A stretch of 64,000 bases of DNA, from positions 53,506,001 to 53,570,000 of the forward strand of contig NC_086101.1 in NCBI RefSeq assembly GCF_963921235.1, written 5' to 3'. This DNA is from Mobula hypostoma (taxonomy: Eukaryota). The notes under the pieces were generated by a model. That model was given only the letters and a program-made list of their open reading frames with translations, was not told the origin of the DNA and ran no database searches. The translations under genes were made by a program, and so were the position numbers. Position 1 is the first letter of the stretch, and the number at the start of each line of letters is the position of its first letter. Shown piece by piece: positions 1 through 12,220 of this stretch.

Positions 1-280
1 TGGGACAATGCATAGCCTTTTCACCTTTGATTCGGCCTATGACAGTGGTGTCATCAGCAAACTAGAATATAACATTGGAGCTGTGCTCAGCCACCCAGTC
101 ATATGTGAAAAATGAGTTGAGCAGGGGGCTAAGCATACAGTCTTGTGGTGCACCTATGCTGATGGAGATCGTGGAGGGAATGTTGTTGCCAATCCAAACT
201 GACTGGGGTCTCTAAGTGAGGAAATCAATGATCCAATTGCACAAGGAGGTATTGAGGGCAAGGTCTAGGAGCTTATTAAT
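1..280 (-). mobile_element. Rex1/Babar LINE RT fragment
   Basis: Minus strand reads [22 protein letters not shown]...GAPQDCMLSPLL...FADDTTVIG (RT motifs, with stops). Confidence 0.9.
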
Positions 281-1800
281 TATTGTTTCTACATGAATTT
301 GGAAGGGTTGTATATATTAATTAAGTTGCCCTTGTTGTTTATCCTGTAATATTATATCCAGACAGTTATTATGGATTATTCTACCAGTAATTATTACTAT
401 CTGTAGTAATGGATCAGTTGTAATATAATTTGTAGGATACTGACTGTAAAACTGGATCAGGTTTGTATTTATAGTATGGCATAGTGTATTTTATGAATTT
501 GTATTTTAAAGCAAGATTTTGGTGAATGATGTTTGCCACTTGCTTGTGCCTGTGTAAGTAATCATATTGAGTTAAACTGCTGCAGGATCCTGGAGTGTGT
601 TGGATTGATTCTGGTTTCTCTTGGCATTTTCTACATCTATCGTTTTGTTTTCGTTGGTCTTCTGTTGTGATTTTTGATCATTTTTGTGTTAACTTCCTGT
701 TCCTGTATTGCCATAAGGAACCCTCTGTTCAGCAAACTTCCTTAAGCCTTGAAGTAAATTCTGTCAAAGTTTTTCCTTTATTGCACAATGATCTATTTTC
801 TTTCATTGTTGATATGCCAGAGACTTATGTGTTTCATATTCATGCATTGGTTGTGTTGTATCTTGCTGTTTTGTTTTGTATTCTATTAGCTCTATTACGC
901 CTTTCTTTACATTTAATGTTCTACACTTATCTAGTTCAAAGTTCATATTTATATGTATCTTTAGAAAATTGTTCTATTATTTCAGATATCCAAAGATTCA
1001 AAGTACATTAATTATCAAAGAATATATATATTATACAACCTTAAGATTTGTTTGTTCACAGGTAGCTACAAAGCAAGAAACCTAAAAGAACCCAATTAAA
1101 GAAACTAAAATAAAATAAAAGACCAACACCCAATGTGCAAGAGAGAAAAGAAAAACACAACTCATGCAAAGAGTTGAAGCGAACATCAGTATTCCAAACC
1201 AAATTGAGTCCTCAGTTCCGAACCTTGGAGCAGCCCGGATCTGGCCCAGAGCCTCACTTATCAGGTCATCATATTAACGGGCATGGAGCACAACAGCTGA
1301 GGCAGTCTTCATTGCCCCAGCACCATAGAGGGAGGGGACTGACCATTGCGGAGAATGAGTGAAATCAGCTCTCACCTTGGATCCTGACACCTTGTCTTTT
1401 CAGTCTATCTGGTCCCGCCTTTAAATTGACCAAACAATGGAACAGCAAAAGGCTCTGGTGCTCTGGAGAGAGGAGTGAACATCACAGAGAGCGAGAAAAA
1501 TCAGATCTCGCTTCCGAACTGAACTGGCAATTAAATTGTCTAAACTGAAGATCGTACTTTGCACTAGGACCTGGGTACTGCGTAGGACTTGGGGCCTGGA
1601 CCACACCACCCAGCACCTCGCTCCGGGCCCAGGTTTCACCGCCCAGCCCAAAGCCACTTTCAAGCTCTTCAAAATCAGCTCAGCTCCTAGAGTGATCCAA
1701 CCTCACACCCGGGCCAGTTGTACAGGCATTGGAACTCCATCTGCAATGATTCTGCAACACAACATCTCGGCTCATCTCCCAAACTTGCCACACTATCGCT

Positions 1801-2373
1801 CATATTATTCTCCGTAACTTCCGCCACCTCCAACGGGATCCCACCACTAAGCATATCTTTCCCTCCCCCGCTCTCTCTGCATTCCGCAGGGATTGCTCCC
1901 TACACAACTCCCTTGTCCATTCGTCCCCCCCATCCCTCCCCACTGATCTCCCTCCTGGCACTTATCAGTGTAAGCGGAACAAGTGCTACACATGCCCTTA
2001 CACTTCCTCCCTTACCACCATTCAGGGCCCCAAACAGTCCTTCCAGGTGAGGCATCACTTCACCTGTGAGTCGACTGGGGTGATATACTGCGTCCGGTGC
2101 TCCCGATGTGGCCTTTTATATATTGGTGAGACCCGACGCAGACTGGGAGACCGCTTTGCTGAACATCTACGCTCTGTCCGCCAGAGAAAGCAGGATCTCC
2201 CAGTGGCCACACATTTTAATTCCACATCCCATTCCTATTCTGACATATCTATCCACGGCCTCCTCTACTGTAAAGATGAAGCCACACTCAGGTTGGAGGA
2301 ACAACACCTTATATTCCGTATGGGTAGCCTCCAACCTGATGGCATGAACATTGACTTCTCTAACTTCCGCTAG
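1801..2373 (+). pseudogene. Penelope linker zinc finger + GIY-YIG endonuclease (truncated open frame, 190 codons)
   Basis: Stop-free frame HIILRNFRHLQRDPT...CKRNKCYTC...GVIYCVRCSRCGLLYIGETRRRLGDRFAEH...GSLQPDGMNIDF; includes track ORF 2047..2373. RT is missing. Confidence 0.9.
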
Positions 2374-2760
2374 GCCCCACCTCCCCCTCGTACCCCATCT
2401 GTTACTCTTTTTAATGCACACATTCTTTCTCTCACTCTCCTTTTTCTCCCTCTGTCCCTCTGAATATACCTCTTGCCCATCCTCTGGGTCACCCCCCCCG
2501 TCTTTCTTCCCGGACCTCCTGTCCCATGATCCTCTCGTATCCCTTTTGCCTATCACCTGTCCAGCTCTCGGCTCCATCCCTCCCCCTCCTGTCTTCTCCT
2601 ATCATTTTGCATCTCCCCCTCCCCCTCCAGCTTTCAAATCCCTTACTCACTCTTCCTTCAGTTAGTCCTGACGAAGGGTCTCGGCCTGAAACGTCGACTG
2701 CACCTCTTCCTATAGATGCTGCCTGGCCTGCTGCGTTCACCAGCAACTTTGATGTATGTT
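1802..2760 (+). mobile_element. Penelope-like element (Neptune type), 5'-truncated
   Basis: Perfect 12-bp TSD ACACTATCGCTC (1790-1801, 2761-2772), GIY-YIG coding frame, pyrimidine-rich 3' UTR, terminal hammerhead motif. Confidence 0.95.
2664..2699 (+). ncRNA. Minimal type I hammerhead ribozyme of Penelope terminus
   Basis: agtc-CTGACGA-agggtctcggcct-GAAAC-GTC-gact: stem I agtc/gact, CUGANGA and GAAA core boxes, short stem II, palindromic ACGT in place of stem III, GUC cleavage triplet ending at 2695. Confidence 0.85.
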
Positions 2761-3449
2761 ACACTATCGCTCGCCCCCTTCACCGTTTGCGGTGATAACT
2801 TAACACAATTTACCTCAGAAAAGGTGTGTTGCAGGTATTTTTAGCGATGTTTTTAGTCAGATTTCTTAACTTTTTTAACTACCAGTGAGCTGTTGCACGT
2901 GTTTGTAGTGTCACCTTAACCGGAATTTTGAATTAATTGTTTTAGATTTACTGAAGAAGGAACCTGTAATTTCAAATCATGCATGTATTAAAGGTGTGTC
3001 AAAATATAATTCTTCTGCTTGTCTCTGATTTGATAACCTATTTTCATCTGATTCAGAAAATCAGAGAGTGGCTTTACAGCTAGACAAAACTCTAGTGGAC
3101 AGAGTAAACCTGGAAAATACCTTAGTTTATTTTGATTATGGTGGTTGTTCTTTGTTGGTTGTTAATGGATCATAATACGCCAGTGCTTCAGCGGATGTAG
3201 GAATTCCTGGTTCTGGTGGCGCCATTAAGAAGGCAACTTGTGCAAGCAGTTACGATGAAAATCTTCAAATACTCTCATTTTAGTCTGCTACAGCTGAAAT
3301 CCACGGCTAAGCCATGTACAATGCAATAAGCAACATTGTTTTAAGGCATTTAATCAATCTATCACTATTCAAAGTCAATGAATCTCAGACAGTAGTCTCT
3401 GGTGGCAAGTGTGGTTCCACTTAAGACAGTGGAAGGGATGATGCCACTC

Positions 3450-6400
3450 TAGGTGGTGCACCAATGTAGTGGTTCTGACTCAGTCCTACTCACTAAAAAG
3501 GAACATCTAGCAATCAAGTGTCATCCATTCTATTTGCTGCTGGAGTTTTCAGCCTTCATCTTAGTAGCGGTGTACTTTCCACCTTTGACCTGTGTCAAAC
3601 AGGCTCGAGTCAACTTGAGTTTGTAACAACAGGGATGAAACAGCTCACTCTGATGCCTTTCCCATTATTTTGGGTTTTTTTAGCCAGGTCAGTTTAAAAA
3701 AGGCCCTAAATATTTATTAAGAACATATCACTTGAGGAACCTGAGGAGCCAACACACTGGACCACTGCTATACTACCATCAAGAATGCTTGCCATGCCAT
3801 CCCGATGCCCACAGTTTGGAAGGTCTGATTATCTGGCTGCACTTCTACTGCCTGAGCATAGGCAGTGTATAGTCTGAAGACCTAGCACTAGTAGAGAGGA
3901 CCTTCTTCTTCTTCGGTTGTCCATCGAGATCCGATGATGACGTCCACTCCTTAAACGGTGAGATCTTTGATGACCATACAGTCCTATCCTGGACCCACAA
4001 GCTCTATTGCAGGAGGGACATGTGTATGTGGTAGTGGTGGCAACCATGGCTGCATTTCTCCTGGCTCTCTTCTGCTGTCTTCTGGTTGTTCTTTCCATCT
4101 CCAGAATACGAACCCCGTTCCTACACAGCTGTCACCAAGTGGTACGGTCAGCAGCAACATCCTCCAGGTCCACGGGTCTGATCTTGCACGTTCTTAAAGC
4201 ATTCTTCATCTGATCCTTATAGCGCTTCTTCGGCCTTCCAGCTGAGCGTCGACCATGATATAGCTGGTCGTATAACACACTGCGGGGTAGTCAACATGGG
4301 GTCATCCTTATCACGTGCCTCAGCCACTGCAGCTGACGCTGGGTGATCATGGTCTCAATACTCCTGCAGTTGGTCTTTACAAGTATTTCAGTCCAAGAAT
4401 GTATGGTCAGGGAGGTGTAGGGGAACTTACATTACTGTTTTGAGTCAGTGGACTGGGCAGTATTCAGTGACTCATCTTCAAGTCTGAATGAATATGGCAC
4501 ATTCGTCACTGACATCATTAAGCCTGTGTGAATGAATGTGTACCTACAAGAACATACCGTACATACCCGAATCAAAAGCTCTGGATGACCCAGGAGATTT
4601 GTAGTCTACCGAGTGCTAGATCTGTGCCATTCAAGTCTGGCGATCCAGGACTATATATGAAGCCAGACACGATTTACAGAGGGCTATCTCAAGAGCAAAT
4701 GAACAATTCCAATTGAGACTGGTGCGGAATTGGATGCACATCAACTCTAATGTGGTTTGCAGGCCATTACTTCCTACAAAGCGAAACCTAACATCATGAA
4801 TGGCAGTGATGAGCTCAAAACCTTTTGTGCTCGCTCTGAAAGGGAGTATAAAACTAAAGCTATGAGGATATCTGCAGCATCCGATGACCCTGTGATCTCT
4901 GCAGGGGTCATCGTCAGAACGCCTTTCAAGATGGTGAACATTCACAGGCCCTGATGGTGTACAAAAAACTGTGCCAACCATCTAGTGGGAATCTCAAAGA
5001 TAATTTCAGTCTCTCTTTGCTACAGCTGGAAGTTCCCACCTGCTTCAAAAGGGCAGCAATCATACTAGTGTCCAATAAGATCTGGGTGGGCTGCTTTAAT
5101 GATTATCATCCAGTAGTACTCACATCTACAGTGATGAAGTGCTTTGAGAGGTTGATTATGGCTAGTATCAACTCCAGCCTAAACAGGGACCTGGACCCAA
5201 TGGTATTTGCCAATCGCCACAATGGGTCAACAGCAGGTGTGATCTCATTAGCTCTTCACACAGCATTGTATCACCTGGAAAATGCGAGCACTTACATTGG
5301 GCTGCTGTTTATTGACTACAGCTCAGCGTTTAACACAATCATTCTTACAATTCTGATCAAGAAGCCCTAAAACCTGGGCCTCTGAACCTCAGCTGCAACT
5401 GGATCCTCAACATCATCACCAAAAGACCACAGTCTGTGCAGATTGGAAAGAACATCTCCACTTCATTGATAGTCAACACATGCACACCTCGAGAATGTGT
5501 GCTTAGCCCACTGCTCTATTCTCTCTACACCCATGAATATGGCTAGGCACAGCTCAAATGCCATCTATAAATTTGCTGACAACACAATTATTGTTAGCAG
5601 AATTTCAAATGGTGACAAGAATGCATAAGGAGCAAGATAGATCAGCTGGTCGAGTGGTGTCACAGCAACAAACTTGAACTCATCATCAGTAAGACCAAAG
5701 AATTGATTGTGGACTTCAGAAAGGATAAGATGAGGGAGCACTCATCCATTCTCATCGAGGGATCAGAAGTGGAAAGTGTGAGGATTTTCAAGGTCCTCAA
5801 CATTGCTAAGGATCTATACAGGGCCTAACATGTTGATACAGTTACAAAGATGACATGACAGCAGCTTATTTCATTAGGAGTTAGAGGAGATTTAATATGT
5901 CACCAAAGACACTCGCAAATTTCTAAAGATGTACAGAGAACATTTCTGACTGGCTCCATCACTCTCTGGTATGGGGGTGCAACTGCACAGGATCAAAATA
6001 AACTGCAGAAAGTTCTGAATTCAGTCAACTCCATCATAGGTACTAACCTCACCAACATCCAGCACATTTTCAGGGAGCGATGCCTCAAAAAAAGTGGCCT
6101 CCACCATTAAGGAACCCCATCACCCAGGATATGTCCTCAGGAAGAAGGTACAGAAGCCTGAAGGCACACACTCAATGATTGAGGAATAGTTTTTTCCCCT
6201 CTGCCATCAGATGTCTGAATGTACACTGAACGAGCATAGGACATTGATGATCTCCCATCTCCATTGTCCAAAGTCGATGGCATGATTGGAGTTAATCAAT
6301 GTTTCTGTAATCCATTGTACCCACCGTACGGGGGATTGGCCTGTACAGCTTCACTAGAGCCCTGTTGGCCAGCCTTATCCACTCCCACCTCTCATGATGG

Positions 6401-6470
6401 GGGTGTCGGGTTGGACTTTGAGAGGCTGACATAAATGTACTTTGATAATAAATTTACTTTGAACTTTGAA
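3450..6470 (+). mobile_element. Decayed long Rex1/Babar LINE (APE endonuclease + RT + tail)
   Basis: EHLAIKCHPFYLLLEFSAFILVAVYFPP, NTLDHCYTTIKNA; ORFs 4528/4757/4954 (NDYHPVVLTSTVMKCFERL, LLFIDYSSAFNTI); KFADNTII; tail ataataaatttactttgaactttga. Interrupted at 3903-4392 and about 6235-6430. Confidence 0.92.
3903..4392 (-). mobile_element. RTE-clade LINE 3' end inserted in Rex1
   Basis: Minus: RQLQWLRHVIRM...GRPKKRYKDQMK...YTCPSCNRACGSRIGLYGHQRSH (C2H2 finger) followed by a (GAA)n tail. Host Rex1 is continuous on both sides. Confidence 0.88.
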
Positions 6471-6634
6471 TGTCTGAAAACAAATTTTGCTACTGTTGTG
6501 ATGTGGGAAATGCAGAAGGGAATTGTGCACATCAAGCTTGCTAAAACGTTTAGTTTTAGTGATGTTTTATTGTTGAAATAAAGTTCTTTCATAGTCTTCT
6601 TAATTCATTCAACCAAGAAACAGGCTTCAGTTCT

Positions 6635-7345
6635 TATTGTAATTGCAAGTAAGTTCAGGAAGCTTACAATTAGCCTTTAGTTTTTAATTGTCAGTTGCAA
6701 GCAATAAACTGAAGTTAAAAGTCCATAGGCTGAGATATGGTTTGCAAAATGGTGATCATAAGATGATTGCATATGCATGAGCATGAAGTTAAGAGAATGG
6801 GTTTGTGTTAATTGATTTGCATCAAACCAGACAACATGACCAAGTTATCTGCATCATTGTGACTTGAGTACAAACTGGCAGACTAGACGGATGTTGTCAC
6901 TTAGCACAACATGGTCACAGGTATAGACAAACAATAGTTTTTGTGTACTTGCCATACAGCCTGGACAACATTACTCCTGGGTGCCTGGTCCTCTGTCGTC
7001 ACAAGGTTTTAGAATATTTGTGTTACTTAGTTTCTCCCAAAGGTGTTTGGACCTTCAGAGGTGTCTTATCAATTACAATATGCTTCCTCTATGTATCTCA
7101 CAGACACCATTTGTCAACCTAAAGTATTGAAGTAAACAATGTCATTGTAACTGTTGAAATTGTATTGAATCACCTACAGTTGCCTTTGATCTTAAGGGTA
7201 TAAAAATGTGATGTACCTTTGGGTTTGTGAGCCTCTACCAAGAGTGTCTACAGTATGATCTCTGCTTGCAGTGCTGAATAAAGACCTCTACGTATATCAC
7301 CAGCTTCAGCATTTCTCCGGTGACTTCGATCACAGTTACAACTGA
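6635..7345 (+). mobile_element. Probable solo LTR (boundaries uncertain)
   Basis: TGTAATTG...CAGTTACA quasi-inverted ends, TATA-like GTATAAAA at about 7198, AATAAA at about 7277. No TSD found. Confidence 0.45.
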
Positions 7346-8791
7346 GGTTGAGTATTTCTGACTGCGACACTCCATACTTACATCTGATTAGGCCAATGAC
7401 CATGTATCTTTGGCTGTATTATATATTATCCATATATTGGCCATATCACATATATCATACATTATCTTAGGTGAGGTATCAAAGAACACGGTGGAGAGCT
7501 GGAGAGGTAGATGTGAAGGTGTAGGTGTGTGTGTGTACTGGACTAGCTATCAGAACAGGACTGAGACAGGGCCACCAGTTGCAAGAGGTGTTTAAAGACT
7601 GTTCAGGGCACCAGAGTGGTGCGTGCGTACTCTTTCTGTTGGCAATGACCTAAGTGTGATGTTGCTATTGAGAACACCTGTGGAAAATACCAGAGGATCT
7701 GTGGATACTCATTTGGGGAATTGTTTGTGTGTGCCTGACTGTGTGCAGAATAAATCTTAGAATCAAAGCCCAAGCAGAGATGATGGTGCAGGAATATTTA
7801 ACTTACTATGTAAAAGGATAGGGTTACAGCAACATCTGGGCTTAAATTGTGAAAAGGGGAGAACTCACAGAGTGTATATTCCATAAACTCGAGAAGGTTG
7901 AACAGGAAAGGTCTAATCAGGTGGGTTAAGACCTGGAGTCCAGAGGAAAAGTCAATCAAAGAGGAAGGGAGATAAAGCGACAGTCATTCTGTCTTGTACA
8001 ATTGAAAGAGAGAACAAAGTACCTAGAATCACATTGTGTACAAATAAAAGAGATACAGAAGGAAAAGATGAATACAGAGAACAGCAAAGCGCTCAATGTC
8101 CAAAAAACAAAAGAGCTGATCGTGGATTACAGGAGGAACAGAGACAGGCTTACCCCGATCAACATCAATTGGTCTGCAGTTGAGAGGGTGAATAGTTTCA
8201 AGTTCCTCGGTATGCACATCACAGAAGATCTCACCTGAATTGTACACACTGGCTATGTGGCAAAAGAAAGCACAACTGCATCTCTTCCACCACAGGCGAC
8301 TGAGGAAGTTCAGCACAGGCCCCCAAATCCTCAAGACCTTCTACAAGGGTACCATTGAGAGCATCCTGACTGGCTGTATCACCGCCTGGTACGGGAACTG
8401 CACGAACCTTGACCGCTGGGCACTGCAGAGAGTAGTATGGACAGCCCAGTGAATCTATGGATGTGAACTTCCCTCCATTGAGGACAATTACAGCAGCAGG
8501 TGCGTAAAGAAGGCCTGGAAGATCATTGGGGACACTAGTCACCCAACCATAAACTGTTTCAGCTGCTTTCTTCTGGCAAATGGTACTACAGTATTAAAGC
8601 CAGGACCAACAGGCTATGGGACAGCTTCTTTCTACAAGGAATTAGACTTATAAATTCTCATGTCTGTACATTACGATGAAGTCATAACACAAAGATTTTT
8701 ACTCTCTATTGCCGGGGAAGTGATGACCCCTCCTATAAGACTGTTTGTGGTAACTTATTTTTTATTCTTTTTATTTCTCTTCTAATAGTTA

Positions 8792-9838
8792 TGTAACCCT
8801 TAAGTTCTGTTGGCTGTGTAAGTCTAGGGAAGATCATCTCTGGCCCCACCAAACATGTGAGATTGAGGTGCAAAACCACCTGTTTGTGTGGATGCTGCGT
8901 GATGTGTTAAGGCTGATTTATACTTGTGCGTACGGGCTATGCCGTAGACCTGATTTATACTTTTGCGTAGCCCTACGCTGTAGCGAGCACGCGTAGTTGT
9001 GTCTGCGTCACTCTGCAATTCACCGCCAGCATGTTAGTTGGCGATGGGGTTTCTATGCCACTGTGTTGAGTTTCTTCGTGAGAGACATGGACGAGGAAAT
9101 GCATTTCAAATATTTTCAGATGTCGGCAGGTTGATTTGACGATTTGGTTCATTGTCTCCAACCATTTATTTCGCGTCAGTGTACAGACACGGCGGAGAAA
9201 AGCAACCGGAAATGCAATGCTACCAAGTGGACCAATCACAGTTGTTGCGGTCTGCGTCGCCGCAACGCGTGAGTTACATTTTTGAGGAGGTGCATGTCAC
9301 CCTACGGTGTACAGTATGGCATAGGGTACACAGTACCTACAGCGTACATTTCATGCAGAAGTATAAATTGGGCTTCACTCTGTTACAAATCAGGACCACA
9401 AAATAACAGACAGTACACCATATGCAATTAAACTATTTAGTTTTATAATTCTTAATTTCACTAAAGGGCCCATTTTAATGAAACAATTTAATGTGCACAA
9501 GTTGGAGCTCATGGTTTCCTTTTCGCTGGTCCTCCATCGATTTCCCCGGGCTTCAACCACTCCCGGCCCCACTCCAAGTCCACTCCTTTCTAGTGTCTAT
9601 GACCTCTCCTATCTGGCATCTTCTCTCTTCATCTTCCGTCCAACAAAAGACCCAGATCATCTCGGTCTCAGGCACACAACAATAAAAACACATCCTTCAT
9701 TAGACAGCACACATTCCAAAGCCCCTATTACCTCTAGCCATAACCCAAACACTGCTGCTACAGAAGAACCATTACATTAGCAGTGCTTCTACAAAAAGAC
9801 CATTACATTAGCAGTGAAACCTTTCCCAGAGTGTTACA
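8792..9838. mobile_element. Solo LTR (contains a MITE)
   Basis: TGTAAC...GTTACA termini; 4-bp flanks GTTA/TTTA (1 mismatch). Confidence 0.75.
8910..9374. mobile_element. PIF/Harbinger-like MITE
   Basis: TIRs AGGCTGATTTATACTTGTGCGT / ATGCAGAAGTATAAATTGGGCT, 3-bp flanks TTA/TCA, non-coding CpG-rich interior. Confidence 0.75.
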
Positions 9839-10262
9839 TTTAAATCTATGCACTTGAAATGCTACTGTGATACTGTAATTTCCTTTGGGATCAATAAAAT
9901 ATCTATCTATATGTGGTACAATACAACCTCAGGGATGCCGGATGGATAACGGGCAACTATCAGAGATTTGACTTTGAGAAAATTCAGGAGATGGTAGAAA
10001 TTTGGTTGATGTGGGGATGGTTAAATGTTTGACCAGGACCAATAATTTTCAGCATTCTTTGTTTCAAATACTTAAGGTCTAAGATTCTGGAAGGTGGTTG
10101 TGAATGCGTGTTTTAAGATGTTCTGGTGAATGTTCAACCTTTGAGAGAAAGTAACTAAAATATGAATAACTTGTTTTCAAAAAATGTGTGATGTGTGACC
10201 ACAATGTGAGTTCACCTGTAAGTGAGAGACAGAGAGAGAGCGGGGGTGGGGGGGGGAGGGGG

Positions 10263-10265
<3 letters not shown>

Positions 10266-10320
<55 letters not shown>

Positions 10321-10327
10321 AGAGAGA
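10266..10327 (+). repeat. (GA)n microsatellite
   Basis: Directly visible, preceded by G-runs. Confidence 0.98.
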
Positions 10328-10487
10328 TTGCATGAGTGAGTGGTAAATGAGGGCAAAGTCTGTCATGTGTTGTTAAATCTGTATCAAAAGGGTGTTCGAA
10401 TTAATCCAAGAGGAAGATTTTATTACTTGAAAAGAAATCAATAAGCTCCAAGACCTTGGCTTCAGTACCTTCTTGTGTAATTGGATC

Positions 10488-10652
10488 ACAAACAAGAGAA
10501 AATCTGCACATGCTGGAAATCTGAGCAACACACACAAAATGCTGGAGGAACTCAGCAGGCCAAGCAGCATCAATGGAAAATATAGTCGATTTTTCGGGCC
10601 AAAATCCTTCGGCAGATCTGGCCTGCTGAGTTCCTCCAGCATTTTGCGTGTA
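10488..10652. mobile_element. 165-bp fold-back Penelope-terminus mini-element
   Basis: 15-bp TSD TTGTGTAATTGGATC (10473-10487, 10653-10667); 37-bp inverted arms 10526-10562 / 10619-10655 (2 mismatches); degenerate minus-strand hammerhead in the loop. Confidence 0.9.
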
Positions 10653-11748
10653 TTGTGTAATTGGATCCTGGATTTCCTCACTTGCAGACTACAGTCAGTT
10701 TGAATTGGCAATATCTCCTCCACAATCTCCATCAGCACAAGTTTAGCACAAGTCTCTGCGTTTGGTGGCCTGCTCTACTCGGTTTGCACTTGTGATTGTG
10801 TGGCTAAGATCTAATACCATATTCAAGTCTGCTGATGATACCACTATCCAAGGTGATGATGAATCAGCATATAGGAGGGAGACTGAAAATCTGGCTGAGT
10901 GGTGACATAACAACAACCTCTTGCTCAATGTCAGCAAGGCTAAGGAGCTGACTTCAGGAGAAGGAAGCTAATGGTCCATGAGCTAGGCCTCATCAGAGGA
11001 TCAGAGGTGGAGAGTGTTAGCAACTTTAAATTTCTAGGTGTTATTATTTTGGCAGACTTGTCCTGGGCCCAGCATGTAGGTGCAATTGTGAAGAAAGAAT
11101 GGCAGTGGCTGAATTCCTGAGTTTGAGTATATTCAGTATGACACCTAAAACTTTGACAAACTTCTACAGATGTGCAGTGGAGAGTATATTGACTGGCTGA
11201 TATGGAAACATCATTGACTTTGAATGTAGAGGAGATGGTCCAGTCCATCACAGGTAAAGCCCTCCCAACCATTGAGCACAACTACATGAAACACTGTCGC
11301 AGGAAAGCAGCATCCATCATCAGGGTCCCCATCACACAGGACATCCTTTCTTCTCACTGCTGCCACAGGAAGAAAGTAAAAGTACCTCAGGATCTACACC
11401 GGCAAGTTCAGGAACAGTTACTACCCCTCAACCATCAGGCTCTTGAACAACAGTGGATAACTTCACTCAACTTCACTTGCCCCATTTTTGAAATGTTCCC
11501 GTAACCTATGGACTCATATTCAAGGACTTTTCATCTCATGTTCTTGATATTTATTGCTTATTTATTATTATCATTATTATTTCTTCTTTTTGTATTTGCA
11601 CAGTTTGTTGTCTTAGGCACTCTGGTTGAGTACATTAGTTGGACAATCTTTCATTGATTCTGTTATGGTTATTATTCTATAGATTTACTATGTCCACAAA
11701 ATAATGAATCAAAGGGATGTAAATGGTGATATATACATATGTACTTTG

Positions 11749-12012
11749 GACTAGCGACCTGAAGGTCTTGAGTTCGAGCCCCAGCCGAGGCAACATGTTG
11801 TGTCCTTGAGCAAGGCACTTAATCACACATTGCTCTGCGACGACACTGGTGCCAAGCTGTATGGGTCCTAATGCCCTTCCTTTGGACAACATTGGCGTCG
11901 TGGAGAGGGGAGACTTGCAGCATGGGCAACTGCTGGTCTTCCATACAACCTGGCCCAGGCCTGCGCCCTGGAGAGTGAATACTTTCCAGGCGCAGATCCA
12001 TGGTCTCGCAAG
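11749..12012 (+). mobile_element. tRNA-derived SINE, 5'-truncated, RTE-like tail
   Basis: B box GAGTTCGAGCCC, core GTGTCCTTGAGCAAGGCACTTAA, 6-bp TSD ACTTTG (11743-11748, 12013-12018). Confidence 0.85.
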
Positions 12013-12220
12013 ACTTTGATAATGAATTTATTTTGAACTTTGAACTAAATTTGCAGGATATTTTATCTTAAGAAAAAAATCCTCTAAGAAATTGTGTGTG
12101 GGGTCCCATTTATTCATATTTTCTTTACCTTTGATCTTTAGGATGTGTTTATTGAGTATTAAATGTTTTTTACAAGTACTTTTCAGTTTATATGTGAAGC
12201 TTCAGAAAGAAGAAAAGTAC

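Larger units (their letters stand above)
991..2926 (-). mobile_element. Non-coding retroposon (family C) with Rex1-type tail, split by a Penelope insert
   Basis: Minus-strand tail (ctttgataattaatgtactttgaatctttg) resembles Rex1 tails in the window. Decayed head TTCCGGTTAAGGTGACACT at 2925-2907. Halves rejoin across the 12-bp TSD. Confidence 0.7.
8088..9910 (+). mobile_element. Rex1/Babar 3' fragment whose 3' UTR is split by an LTR
   Basis: ALNVQKTKELIVDYRR, FKFLGMHITEDLT, FYKGTIESILTGCITAWYGNC. Tail gggatcaataaaatatctatctat resumes after 9838. Confidence 0.88.
10436..12046 (+). mobile_element. Rex1/Babar RT-to-tail fragment with two nested inserts
   Basis: [38 protein letters not shown]; tail ttattttgaactttgaac. 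Confidence 0.9.

Noticed and set aside
330-470. AT-rich quasi-palindromic repeats
   Set aside because: No definable unit, TIR or TSD by eye.
595-1011. 138-aa hydrophobic ORF
   Set aside because: T-rich low-complexity DNA with a GTG start and no motif; chance ORF.
11749-11800. tRNA gene
   Set aside because: Only the 3' half with a B box is present; it continues into a SINE body and is flanked by a TSD.
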